From: Paraspadella gotoi
Taxonomy: Eukaryota; Animalia; Chaetognatha
Length of the DNA: 49,423 bases
Direction of reading: 5' to 3'
Assembly: GCA_051294375.1 (NCBI GenBank)
Contig: CM119264.1
Location: forward strand, 29,292,686-29,342,108
The notes beneath the pieces are model-generated. The model did not search any database. It was not told the origin of the DNA and saw only the letters and a program-made list of their open reading frames with translations. Positions 10,928-23,481 of this stretch are shown here, in pieces. The position numbers and the translations under genes are program-made. Position 1 is the stretch's first letter. Each line of letters begins with the position of its first letter.

Positions 10928-11098
10928 TGGTATTCCTCTAACACGGGATTCCTCCCAACTGGATTCCTCCCACACGGGATCCTCCCACGCGGGATTCCTC
11001 CCCATGGGATTCGTCCCACACGGGATTCCTCCCACACGGGATTCCTCCCCGCGGGATTCCTCCCACACAGAATTCCTCCCCAAGGAATTCCTCCCACG
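10928..11098 (+). repeat. Minisatellite A array (intronic)
   Basis: Same unit as 290-802. Confidence 0.9.
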
Positions 11099-11183
11099 TA
11101 GGAGTTCAAATTAGAAAACCAAAAGACACATTTATTTGAATTTTTCAAAGATTCTCTCTCTCTATCTCTCATTGATTGATTGA

Positions 11184-11562
11184 TTGACCAAATTATGCCA
11201 ATTGACAAAAATATGCCAATTGACCAAATTATGCCAGTTGACCAAATTCTGCAAGTTGACCAAATTATGCCTGTTGACCAAATTATGCCAGTTGACCAAA
11301 TTATGCCAGTTGATAAGATTATGCCAGTTGACCAAATTATGCCGGTGGACCAAATTATCTTAATTGACCAAATTATGTCAGTTGACCAAATTATGTCAGT
11401 TGAACAAATTATGTCAGTTAACCAATTTATGTCAGTTAAACAAATTAAGTCGGTTGACCAAATTATGTCAGTTGACCAAATTATGTCAGTAGACCAAATT
11501 ATGTCAGTTAACCAAATTATATCAGTTGACCAAATTATGCAAGTTGATTAAATTATGCAAGT
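11184..11562 (+). repeat. Minisatellite B array, 18-bp unit (intronic)
   Basis: About 20 tandem copies of gaccaaattatg(c/t)cagtt. Confidence 0.95.
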
Positions 11563-11776
11563 TATTACAACTTAATTATCGTAGGCAGATCTGACATTGT
11601 TTGCTGAATCTTGTTTTGAGAGAACTAGAATTTATAAAAAGTGTTCAATTTTGTCCCGCCTTATTGTACATATAGTTATATTAACTTTTTACAAGGCATT
11701 TAAATCTGAAAAAAAAGTCAAAAGATTATTTTTAAATTTTTAAAATTTATTACAATATTGTTTTTTTTTCTTCTAG

Positions 11777-12463
11777 TTCTATGAATTAAATAACCCATCA
11801 AATTCTCACCAAGGGTTTGGAGCTTATCATTACCACTCGATACACACTCAGTTGGCCATTGCTATTATTGATTATCGCAAGGTTGCTGTGAGTCTTGTTA
11901 TTTTGGACTTGACTCGTATGTTCTGTCAACCTTTACAATACAAGGATGACTGGCTGACAAGTCGAGCCATTGGCCGCCACATGCTAACTTTAGTATATCT
12001 TTTCATTTTTCATGTCTGCAACCTGATGGAAATTATTTTTGATGTTTTTGATGATCATTATAATTCTGATATACTTTTCTACAATCGGGTGGTGATGCTT
12101 TGCATTAATGCCACTCATGATCTTATTCTATGCATCTGGTCAATTACTAACCTAATTCGGATAAGAGCAAAATTGAAAGAAATCAGTTCCTCTGGATTGA
12201 AATCAAAGAAACAATTGGCTCAAATGAAGAAGTGTGAAAGATTCTGCTCATTATTAATTATTCTTCTGTTTTTGAACTCTACTATTGATAAAGTGATACA
12301 TATTTTCACTTTTATCAAAATTCTAAATCATTTCGAGGAGGCAGTGAGAAAATTTGTTTGGCGTATTTTTCATATCTTATTTGGTCCTTTTTTTATGTTT
12401 TTGGTTCTGTTTTTTTTTCCAAAAACAAGACCCTCATTTATGTGTAAAAAAAAACTGATTTAA
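11777..12463 (+). CDS. Divergent 7-TM receptor-like protein, exon 2
   Basis: Polypyrimidine tract + ttctAG acceptor, phase 0, open to TAA; five more hydrophobic helices; FCQPLQY after TM3 resembles the class A GPCR C.PL.Y motif; joined CDS is 362 aa. Confidence 0.65.
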   Translation, partial: FYELNNPSNSHQGFGAYHYHSIHTQLAIAIIDYRKVAVSLVILDLTRMFCQPLQYKDDWLTSRAIGRHMLTLVYLFIFHVCNLMEIIFDVFDDHYNSDILFYNRVVMLCINATHDLILCIWSITNLIRIRAKLKEISSSGLKSKKQLAQMKKCERFCSLLIILLFLNSTIDKVIHIFTFIKILNHFEEAVRKFVWRIFHILFGPFFMFLVLFFFPKTRPSFMCKKKLI

Positions 12464-12970
12464 ATTAAAAAAAACCCAGTTCCTAAATGAGTTTCGCGAT
12501 TTTAACATTCTTACAATTAAACTTAAATAAAGACATTTGTCGTTGACTATTGTCATTGGAATAGAAATTGCGCAAATAAAGTGTTTAAAATTATACTATC
12601 TATAAAGTTCATCCCGGTCCAATGACTAATAAAACTTACTCATAATCCCTTCAATTTTATTAGCTCATTCTATTTTATTCTTTTTTGCACATTTTAATTT
12701 CATTCTTTTTTGCACATTTTCATCTCATTAACGTTTTATTAATTTATTTTTTGACAAATAAATTAACAAAAGTTGATAATGAAAAAAATAAAACCAATAG
12801 GTTTTAAAAAAGTATTACTAATTTTAATTCACACAGCAAAATCATCTTTTGAATTTCCAATTATATACAGTTTGGAATCAATACTTATAAATTATAATTG
12901 CATTTAAATGGCAATATATTTTTTAATCTTTTACAATAATTATCGTAAAAGAGCTTAAATGAAAGCTAAG

Positions 12971-13356
12971 TGTTTGGAAACCCTCGTTATGAAGAAGAGT
13001 CGTTGATTAATTTTAATTAATTATATTAACTACTTACAATAAAAAACAATATTTACAATTGAGAAATGTATATGTTATTACAACGTACTAACAATAATAA
13101 AAATAGACGAAAAATACTTGAGGCAAAATTGATTGTAGACAAAACGAATAATAAAAGGTTAACCGTTAAGACGACGTTATTTTAGAGAGAGAGAAAAAAA
13201 CCAGATTTTTCAAAATATAAAGGATGGAGAGAGAGAGAGAGAGAGTTGACCGACGACGACGAGAACAAAGACGTTGAGGTTTCATATTGTTTGGTGAGTT
13301 GTATTTTTGCGACGAGGGTAAGTTAATTGAACGAGGTCAATTCAGGTCACCAGACA
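12971..13356 (-). repeat. 3' LTR (~386 bp)
   Basis: Starts TG directly after the PPT and ends CA; imperfect terminal inverted repeat tgtctggtgacc / tgtttggaaacc. Confidence 0.6.
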
Positions 13357-15732
13357 TCCCCCCCCAAGACCGTCGCCGGAAGGGGGCGCGTCTGATCTTG
13401 AACGGAGGAGGCTCATCTTCGGAATTTTCGTCGGGAGGGTGGAGGGAGTCCGGCAGTGGGACTCTCATCTCCGGAATTCGATGTCGCGCCTTTGAAGCTC
13501 TTGGAGGTTGGCGTCTTGTTGTAGTTTCTGTTGGCATTGGCGTTGCGACGCTTGGCTCTCGTGGAGACCACCAGTGGGTGGACAATCGATGGAGAAAGGG
13601 CTTCGGCTTGAGGTTGTGCTGTACTGGGTTGGACTCGTGAAGAAGTCGCATCGCGCTCTTCCAATGGCAGGTCGACCGATTGGGCTGGCAGTTGGTGGCG
13701 TGGGTAGGTTATCTTCATCGATGATGGCAGGTTTAAGGCGGTCGACAAATGACTTGGTCGCCTCTTCCGGGTATTGTGACGATGAAGGTCTTTTCTCTCG
13801 CGCTCTTTCACTTGGAAGGGCCCGTCGTATGGCGCCGTTAGGGGGGCGTGGCCATCTCGCCTGATAAAAACAAATTTTGAATTTTTTAAAGAATCAGGAA
13901 AGTTTACTTTTATGTTTGCATGATTTGAGCCTGGTTTTGGTCGGAGCAGTGAGACATCATGGCGGAGGTTTTGGAGCATCTCCTGACGAGCCAATTGGTC
14001 AACCTCAGGGTTGACCTCGTTTGTGGTTGAGATGAGGTCGCCCGGAATAGCGAGAGTCTCCCCGAAGGTAAGCTCAGCTGCGGAGGCGCCCAGTTCTTTC
14101 TCGTGGCGCCGCGCGGAGACCAAGAAGCGTCCATGGAAGCTGATGGAACCAGTTGGCGCCGGCGTCTTTGCATCGAGCTTTGATTGATGCTTTAAGGTGC
14201 GATGGAATCGTTCCACGAGGCCATTGGCTTGTGGATGATAGGCCGTTGTTTGTGCGAGGCGATATCCAACAAGTTCAGAGAGTTGATGCCACAACTCGGA
14301 GGTGAACTGAGCTCCACGGTCGGAAGTAACTGTCATAGGGACGCCAAGCGTGCGACCCAACCATGGAGGAAGTTGACGGCGACAATTGGCGGCGGAAATT
14401 TCTCTGAGTGGAATCGCTTCAGGCCATCGCGTAAAAACGGTTCGATGCATGTAAGTAGGTGTGGCCGGCTGATTCTGGAAGTGGGCCAACAAGATCAATA
14501 TGGACGTGTTGGAAACGTTTCTCCGGTGTCTCGAAGGCTTGAAGAGGGCACGGACGTGTTCCTGCACTTTAGTGCGTTGGCACATAATGCACGTGCGGCT
14601 CCATTCTGCAGCGTCGGATGATGCCGAAGGCCAAACAAATTTTTGCGTTATTAGTTTTGTGTGGCGCGAACACCTGGATGGGCGAGGCCGTGAATGACGT
14701 CAAAAACGTGGCGGCGCCATTTTTTTGGAACAATGGGCGCGCGCGACCACTGCTGATATCGCAGATGAGATCAGCTTCACCAATTTTGACAACTTTGAAC
14801 GAATTCCAGTAAGTGGATTTCGAGTAGTGTTTTTTCACATCAGCGTCATTTTGTTGGTCATTCGCCATTGCATCAAAGTCAATTCCATGAGGGCCAACCG
14901 CTGCAACGATGCTGTGAGGCTTTTCGCAAGCCCTTGCTGATGCTACAAGGCCGGGTTGACCAGGGAGTTGGGGAACATCGATGCGAGAGAGGGCATCAGG
15001 ACGACGTTGGCTTTCCCTTCAATGAATCTGATGTCCGTTGTAAATTCAGCGACGCCGGCGAGCTGATAGGCTTGACGCATAGTGTGAGGCTCACTTTTTT
15101 TAACAAGGCCTGGGATGAGGGAGTTATGATCACTGTAGAGAGTGAATTGACGTGCTTCAAGGTATGGCCGGAAGTGACGGATGGCGAGATGAGCGGCGAG
15201 TAATTTTTGGTCAAAAGGCGGCCATTTTGTTTGGTTTGGTTTTAAGGGTTTTGAGAAAAAACCAATTGGCTTCCACAGGTCATCCTCGAGCTGTTCTAGG
15301 ACGCCGCCGACGGCGAGGTTGGAGGCGTCAACGGTGAGAGCAAGGCGGGCGCCGTCAATGGATGGAGCTAACATAGTTGCATTGACTAGTGCTGTTTTTG
15401 TCTCCTCGAAAGCCTTTTGTTGTTTTTCATTCCATGTGAGACACTTTGGATTGCCGCGTAGACATTCATAGAGAGGGAGAGCTTGTGGGCGGCGCTTTTG
15501 ATGAAACGCCGGTAATAATTGAGCATCCCCAAAAATCGTTGGAGCTCCTTGATGCTGGTCGGTGTTGGGAAGTTGTTGATGGCCTCAACTTTGTCCGCTT
15601 GAGGGCGAATTCCTTCGGCGTCCACACGAATGCCGACAAAGTCGAGAGATGGGACGCCAAAGACGCATTTTGCGCGGTTGATAATGAGGCCATTTGCTGA
15701 GAGTTTGTTGAAGCATCGGCGAAGATCTTCAA
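12971..15732 (-). mobile_element. Ty3/Gypsy LTR retrotransposon (CsRn1-like), partial, copy 1
   Basis: Frameshifted pol: RT thumb (LQRFLGMLNYYRRFI), RNase H (LTVDAS...WKPIGFFSK...YSDH), integrase (SDRGAQFTS...TTAYHPQANGLVERFHRTLK), APYDGPF motif; PPT at ~13357-13366; truncated at the N gap. Confidence 0.9.
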
Positions 15733-16644
15733 ATCTCTCTCTCANNNNNNNNNNNNNNNNNNNNNNNNNATAAAGATACATTTTTGCAATGTACAACAAA
15801 GATAAAGGATTTAATTAAATAATTAATGATAGCAACCATGACAATGATAATACCGACGATGACAAATTGGTTGATTGCTTAATTTTTTGATTGATTGATT
15901 GAATATTTGATTAATTGATTGAATAATTAATTAACTGATCAGTTCTGGCATTGTTAGCTCAAACTTGTTTGTTTTTTTGTCTTTTCATTATGACAAAAGA
16001 AATGACTACCCTGATGATGATTATGATGACAACGAGGATAGCACCATCATGATTAATTGAATGATTGATTGTTCAAATAAAATAAATTCATATCAGGCCT
16101 GTTAATTTTTAAATCTTTTTGTCAGGTCACTGACCAGGACAAAAGCAACAATGACATTGGAGATACAAATGATAACACTGACATTGTTTAATTGATTGAT
16201 TAATTAATTGATTAATTAATTAATTGGTTCTTGGTTTTTTGTTTTTTTTCATTTAAACTCATTTCCACTCGAACGATTCTTACAATTTTACAAATCTTAC
16301 AATTTTTCATAGTAAAAATTTCTCTTGTTATTTGTTAACAAAAAAGATTGTTTAAAATTATTCTACAAATGAATTACATGTCTAAAGAGAGTATTTTTAA
16401 AATAATAACAAATGTAAAATTTCTAAAGGAAGGAAGCGATGTGCACTCGAAACCGAAAGCGATCCGGGCTAAAAAAGTAAGGATTGCACCCGAAAACGGG
16501 AGCGGGAGGGTCTTGAAGCGCCGGATTGGCAGCGGCGGAAAAATCGATCGCTTCCACATCTCTGCTTATAATTGCATTTAAATGGCAATATATTTTTTAA
16601 TCTTTTACAATAATTATCGTAAAAGAGCTTAAATGAAAGCTAAG

Positions 16645-19600
16645 TGTTTGGAAACCCTCGTTTATGAAGAAAGAGTCGTTGATTAATTTTAATTAAACTT
16701 ATCATTACACTACTTACAATACAAAATATACAATACTTTACACATTGAGAAATGTATATGTTATACAACGTACTTTAGACAATACAATAAAAATAGACGC
16801 AAAAATACTTGAGGCAAAATTGATTGTAAAACAAACGAATAAATAAGAAGGTTAACCGTTAAGACGACGTTAATTTAGAGAGAGAGAAAAAAACCAGATT
16901 TTTCAAATATAGAGGATAGAGAGAGAAGAGAGAGAGAGTTCCTTGAGCGACGCGAACGAATCAAAGACGTTGAGGTCTTCATATTGAGTTTGGTGAGTTG
17001 TATTTTTGCGACGAGCGCGTAAGTATAATTGCAACGAAGGTCAATTCAGGTCACCAGACATCCCCCCCCAAAGACCGTCGCCGGAAGGGGGCGCGTCTGA
17101 TCTTGAACGGAGAGGCTCAATCTTCGGAATTTTCGTGCTGCAGGAGGATGGGTAGAGGAGTCCGGCAGTGGGACTCTCATCTCCGGAATTCGATGTCGCG
17201 CCTTTGAAGCTCTTGGAGGTTGGGTGCTTGTTGTAGTTTCTGTGTGGCATTGGCGTTTCGACGCTTTGGCTCTCGTGGAGACCACCAGTGGGTGGACAAT
17301 CGATGGAGAAAGGGCTTCGGCTTGAGGTTGTGCTGTACTGGGTTGGACTCGTGAAGAAGTCGCATCGCGTCTTCCAATGGCAGGTCCGACCGATGGGCAT
17401 GCAGTTGGTGGCGTGGGTAGGTTATCTCATCGATGATGGCAGGTTTAAGCGGTCGACCAAAATGACTTGGTCGCCTCTTCCGGGTATGTTGACGATGAGT
17501 CTTTTCTCTGCGCTCTTTCACTTGGAAGGGCCCGTCGTATGGCGCCGTTAGGGGGGCGTGGCCATCTCGCCTGAAAAAACAAATTTTGAATTTTTTAAAA
17601 AATCAGGAAAGTTTACTTTTATGTTTGCATGATTTGAGCCTGGTTTTGGTCGGAAGCAGTGAGACATCATGCGGAGGTTTTGGAGCATCTCCTGACGAGC
17701 CAATAGGTCAACCTCAGGGTTGACCTCGTTTGTGTTGAGATGAGGTCGCCCGGAATAGCGAGAGTCTCCCGAAGGTAAGCTCAGCTGCGGAGGCGCCCAG
17801 TTCTTCTCGTGGCGCCGCGCGGAGACAAGAAGCGTCCATGGAAGCTGATGAGAACCAGTTGGCGCCGGCGTCTTTGCATCGAGCTTGATTGATGCTTTGA
17901 AGGTGCGATGGAATCGTTCCACGAGGCCATTGGCTTGTGTGATGATAGGCCGTTGTTTGTGCGAGGCGATATCCAACAAGTTCAGAGAGTTGATGCCACA
18001 ACTCGGAGGTGAACTGAGCTCCACCGGTCGGATAGACTGTCATAGGGACGCCAAAGCGTGCGACCCAACCATGGAGGAAGTTGACGGCGACATTGGCGGC
18101 GGAAATTCTCTGAGTGGAATCGCTTCAGGCCATCGCGTAAAACGGTCGCGATGCATGTAAGTAGGTGTGGCCGCTGATTCTGGAAGTGGCCAACAAGATC
18201 AATATGGACGTTTGGAAACGTTTCTCCGGTGTCTCGAAGGCTTGAAGAGGGGCACGGACGTGTCCTTGCACTTTAGTGCGTTGGCACATAATGCACGTGC
18301 GGCTCCATTCTGCAGCGTCGGATGATGCCGAAGGCCAAACAAATTTTGCGTTATTAGTTTTTTTGTGGCGCGAACACCTGGATGGGCGAGGCCGTGAATG
18401 ACGTCAAAAACGTGGCGGCGCCATTTTTTTGGAACAATTGGGCGCGCGCGGACCACTGCTGATATCGCAGATGAGATCAGCTTCACCAATTTTGACAACT
18501 TTGAAACGAATTCCAGTAAGTGGATTGTCGAGTAGTTTTTTCACATCAGCGTCATTTTGTTGGTCATTCGCCATTGCATCAAAGTCAATTCCATGAGGGC
18601 CAACCGCTGCAACGATGCTGTGAAGGCTTTTGCAAGCCCTTGCTGATGCTACAAGGCCGGGTTGACCAGGGAGTTGGGGAACATCGATGCGAGAGAGGGC
18701 ATCAGTGACGACGTTGGCTTTCCCTTCAATGAATCTGATGTCCGTTGTAAATCAGCGACGCCGGCGAGCTGATAGGCTTGACGCATAGTGTGAGGCTCAC
18801 TTTTTTTAACAAGGCCTGGGATGAGGAGTTATGATCACTGTAGAGAGTGAATTGACGTGCTTCAAGGTATGGCCGGAAGTGACGGATGGCGAGATGAGCG
18901 GCGAGTAATTTTTGGTCAAAAGGCGGCCATTTTGTTTGGTTTGGTTTTAAGGGTTTTGAGAAAAACCAATTGGCTTCCACAGGTCATCCTCGAGCTGTTC
19001 TAGGACGCCGCCGACGGCGAGGTTGAGGCGTCAACGGTGAGAGCAAGGCGGGCGCCGTCAATTGGATGGGCTAACATAGTGCATTGACTAGTGCTGTTTT
19101 TGTCTCCTCGAAAGCCTTTTGTTTTTTCATTCCATGTGAGACACTTTGGATTGCCGCGTAGACATTCATAGAGAGGGGAGAGCTTGTGGGCGGCGCTTTT
19201 GATGAAACGCCGGTAATAATTGAGCATCCCAAAAATCGTTGGAGCTCCTTGATGCTGGTCGGTGTTGGGAAGTTGTTGATGGCCTCAACTTTGTCCGCTT
19301 GAGGGCGAATTCCTTCGGCGTCCACACGATGGCCGACAAAGTCGAGAGGGACGCCAAGACGCATTTTGCGCGGTTGATAATGAGGCCATTTGCTGAGAGT
19401 TTGTTGAAGCATCGCGAAGATCTTCAAGATGTTGCTCTTCGTTGTCGCTGGCAACGAGGATGTCATCGAGGTACACGAAGACGTGCGGGACATCGCGGGA
19501 GGACACATCCCACTCTGGAAGTCCTGACTCGCGTTTTTGAGACCAAAAGGCGTGCGCGGGTACTCCCAAAGACCATGGGCGTGATTACCGCTGTCTTCTT

Positions 19601-19788
19601 GATGTCTTCTTTTGCAACTGGAATTGTGAGATAGCCTTTGCAGAGATCTATTTTTGAAAAAATCTTTTTTCCTGCGATGTCGGCATTGAAGTCCATCAAA
19701 TTCCTGATGAGGTAGCGATCATCCTTAGTGACGGCGTTGAGGCGACGATAATCGCCGCAGGGGCGGATGGAACCATCAGGTCACCAGA
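16645..19788 (-). mobile_element. Ty3/Gypsy element, copy 2 (indel-rich; RT-RH-IN-LTR, lacking gag and protease)
   Basis: Colinear with copy 1, plus the RT N-terminal part (PDGSIRPCGDYRRLN, FSKIDLCKGY, YLDDILVAS); LTR at ~16645-17060. Confidence 0.9.
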
Positions 19789-20394
19789 AGTGTTCAGATT
19801 ATCATTGTCCCAAATATCATTAACTTATATGATAAATTAAATTTACAGTGAGCCAGAAGACAGGTGTCAGCATCCCTCTGCGCGCAAGTCGATCAAAAAT
19901 AGACTTGACAGTTGACATTCATTTTGAATCCCCAGTATCGCTATAAATGTTGCCAGAAAGTTTTCTGCGTCCAATAAAGATGCGCCATGAAAAGACAAAT
20001 GTGGTGGTCACAACGAGAAGTAATATTATTTACTCATTTGCGATTTAGATGATATGCTCTTTTACATTCTCAAAATTAAAAAAAAAATGTGAGGTAAAAA
20101 TGGGCAATATGCTTATCAAATATCATGTCCGTGTCCCCAAGCAATGTTAAAATGCAATAAAATTCAAAAAAAGCTTATGGGAAAAACATGTGCTGAAGCC
20201 AATTGATATGAACTGAGGTGTCATAAAATGTCTTGGGTTAAGGTTAACAGTCCTCATTATAAAAGCCCATGCTCAAAATATGGTATACTGAATCATGCTG
20301 TGATGCAGCTACATTATTTTAGTAATGATTAAAAATTGTATTTGTCGTCATTAGACTTTTTATCCTTATTCTATTCAGTTGTATGTCTTTTTAA

Positions 20395-20720
20395 TAGCTT
20401 TTAGTATGGCGCTTTAAAGCAGACTGCCTCGCGCCTACAGGTCATATAACTGTAGAAGACGAAAAATAGTAATAATAAAAGTAAGAAGAATTGTGATGAT
20501 GTAAGAGAAAAGAAGTGAGTCGAGCTCTCTCCTAATCCACTTTTATCATCGCCCGGATCAACTTGCACTTACGGTCGCCTCGGCCCTTTTACTGTGTCCA
20601 GTCAATCTAAGGTCATTGCCAAAGCTAGGGCAAAGTGACTGTGTGGAAAAGACCGGCTCGGAGAAAGAGGAGAGAGGAAGGGTTTAGAGAGAGAGACCGG
20701 TGGTAAGTCGCCTCATAACC
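20395..20720 (-). mobile_element. Possible SINE/LINE 3' fragment with an L2-like tail
   Basis: GC-richer island ending (minus strand) tgtaggcgc...aagcgccatactaaa, which resembles L2-type stem-loop tails; single copy in the window. Confidence 0.25.
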
Positions 20721-20722
20721 TA

Positions 20723-21632
20723 CATGGTGACAATTTTACAAGCGCCGGTAGAAATATGCTCATTGCAAACCAGTGGTTATTTCATTAATTTTAAAAATGA
20801 GTTGGGTAGAAAATATTAAAACTATTTATGTGTTAAAATTTATATTGATCAGTTAAGATATGCCTTGACCAATGAGTGGAGAAAGTTGGCTTGTCAAATC
20901 GTGTTTCATTTTCCAACTCATTGTTTTTAAATTCAATTTTTTTGGGAACTTTTAGCACTTTTTTAAACAAAGTATTTATTAAAATATTAACAATATTAAT
21001 ATCCTCAGAAAGCCCTTAAAAATATAAAAATATAAAAAGTAAGCTGCCCAGCCTTGGTTCAATTAAAAGTATCAAAAGTGAAATATTTAAAATTTTAAAT
21101 TTTTTTTCAAAATATATGACCTGTTTAAATTATTATGAAAAAAAATATTATTATTTATATAAGTATCATGAGAGAGCCTGAGAAAAAAGATTTAAGATAG
21201 CCAATTACAATTTGATAAAAATCATAAATTTACTCTCCAGCTATTGATTTTTAAAAAGATGTCTCGTTTTTGAATATCCTAATTAAATTAAAGCTGGGCC
21301 AGTTAAATTTTATACTACAGTATTCGTAAGTATATAATTCTCTTCATATTTTTAAGGGCTTTCTGAGGATATTAATATTGTTAATATTTTAATAAATACT
21401 TTGTTGAAAAAAGTGTGAAAAGTTCCTAAAAAAAATTGAATTTAAAAACTGAGTTGGAAAATGAAACCCGATTTGACAAGCCAACTTTCTCCACTCATTG
21501 TCAAGACATATCTTAACTGATCAATATAAAATTTTAACACATAGATAGTTTTATATTATAAAATCAATGAAATAACCACTGGTTTGCAAATGACAGCGTA
21601 ATTCTACCGGCGCTTGTAAAATTGTCACCATG
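20723..21632. mobile_element. Tc1/mariner-type MITE with long TIRs
   Basis: TA-catggtgacaattttacaagcgccggtagaa ... ttctaccggcgcttgtaaaattgtcaccatg-TA; inverted arms of ~300 bp; a related end fragment lies at ~4800-4940. Confidence 0.85.
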
Positions 21633-21899
21633 TATGTTTAAAAAATTTTTAATAAACCATAGTTAAGTAGTAAACGAAACTTTTTAAAGACATTTTTACA
21701 AAATGGGACACACTTTTCCTGTAAAATTAACTAGTCTAAACTAATAATACCTAAATATAATTCACATAATGTAGAACTATCCAGTATATCTTAGTAGATG
21801 AGTTTATTTTCGTTGGATTCCAAAATACGAGAATGAATGTTCAAAACCTAGAATGGAAGGAAGAATTAATTTATAAATTTGTAGTCGGGCATTGCCTAG

Positions 21900-22119
21900 G
21901 TTCACCCCGCCTATAAGCATGACACCTTCAGTCCTGACCCGGTGGCTCATTGAGTAAAGCCATCAGCTCATGACCACTAGGTACCGGGTTCAATCCCAAA
22001 GCCGCCTTGGGGGTGTGGCAAACCCTCAAGCCTGGTTCCAAGCCCAGGACCCGTTCCATGGCTGCTAGAGTGGGTTATAGAAGTTACGGATAGTCATCTT
22101 CAGCCCACTTAGCGCCTTA
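21900..22119 (+). mobile_element. tRNA-derived SINE-like repeat, family 2
   Basis: A-box-like tggctcattgag (21943-21954), B box ggttcaatccc (21987-21997); partial copies at ~33506-33622 (+), ~34561-34788 (-) and ~36414-36455 (+). Confidence 0.7.
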
Positions 22120-22828
22120 TCCACAATATCTTTCAAACGGTTAAGTAGATATGCCTTTTTTGTGAAGGTAATTAAATTTTTATATGTTTTGATTCAAAAA
22201 CGTTTAATATTGGAGGCAGAAAAAAAGGGATAGAGAGTAGCATATTTTTATAAGGTCATAATGTTTGAACAGGTCCCCTAAATACTAATCAATACTAATC
22301 CTACTAATACTAACAAATACTAGCTAAGCATAAGCATGCAATGTCCTTAAGACAAATAGGATTAGTTTTTTTTTCGAGCCTGAACCAAAATACCAGACAT
22401 TGTCATTCTCAGTAGTGAGTAGTGATATTTGAGTTAAAATTAATAATGATTAGATATTAAAAGAGGGGAGAAATTAAGGAATTGTTTCCAAACTTTTTTT
22501 ATTTCAAAATTTGTTACAATTTTTTTCAGCCAAGTATTATATATAATTTTAGCTCAAAAATTACGAAATTTATCTTTAATTTGTTTTTGTTTCTGTTTAA
22601 TAATATTTCATTTGCCTTTAAATTTTGGATTAAAGAATTTTCTGAATATGACCTTATGCTTTAGTGACAAGTAATTAGGAAGATAAACAAGTTTGATCAA
22701 ACAATAGCGTATCTGCAAGCGTCATTTAGCGGTAATAGAGTAACTGCAAGCGATTAGAGAGTATCTGCAAGCGTCATTAGAGATGAAGAGACAGTAATAA
22801 TTGTTATGACTTAGTGAAACAACCGTTC

Positions 22829-23059
22829 TATGGTGGACTAAAATCCACCAACCGTTCATCAGCGGGCATTGTTGCGAGGCAAGTCATTCGCCTCCCAACC
22901 CGAAGGTCCGGGGTTCTAGCCCGGTGGCCGCCTAGCAGTTAAGAGGGACGGGCGCCTTAACCCGCCTGTAACTCGGTGTTACAGCCTGATCCGAAGCTCA
23001 GGGACTGCCTATATTGAATGGTTCTATACTAACTCATAACAATAATTACTGTCTCTTCA
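22829..23059 (+). mobile_element. SINE-like family 1, copy 2 (twister motif at 22934-23009)
   Basis: Matches 8456-8689; preceded by an inverted copy of its own 3' end (22785-22828). Confidence 0.8.
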
Positions 23060-23246
23060 TTGGTGAGACGACTTCCGAACACAACAGCAACAACAACACT
23101 TTCAGGCGACATGCCTCAACCTGGCGATGCACTTTCCGCCCACAACACATCAGGCGACATGCCTCAACTTGGTGATGAACTTTCACCAACAACAACAATT
23201 CACTGAAGAGACGCAACAGACTTCTCCCTATGGGAGGGGGGGATTG

Positions 23247-23481
23247 TATGGTGGACTAAAATCCACCAACCGTTCATCAGCGGCCATTGGTGCCGGAGGC
23301 AAGTCATTCGCCTCCCAACCCAAAGGTCCGGGGTTCTAGCCGCGTGGCCGCCTAGCAGTTAAGGAGGGACTGGGCGCTTAACCCGCCTGTAACTCGGTGT
23401 AACAGCCTGATCCGAAGCTCAGGGACTGCCTATATTGAATGGTTCTGTCACTAACTCATAACAATAATTACTGTCTCTTCA
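23247..23481 (+). mobile_element. SINE-like family 1, copy 3 (twister motif at 23354-23430)
   Basis: Matches 8456-8689; followed by an inverted internal fragment (~23486-23511). Confidence 0.8.

Noticed and set aside
11184-11562. CRISPR-like appearance of regular repeats (also 40660-41032 and 30357-31005)
   Set aside because: Units are head-to-tail with no unique spacers, there are no cas genes, and the context is eukaryotic.
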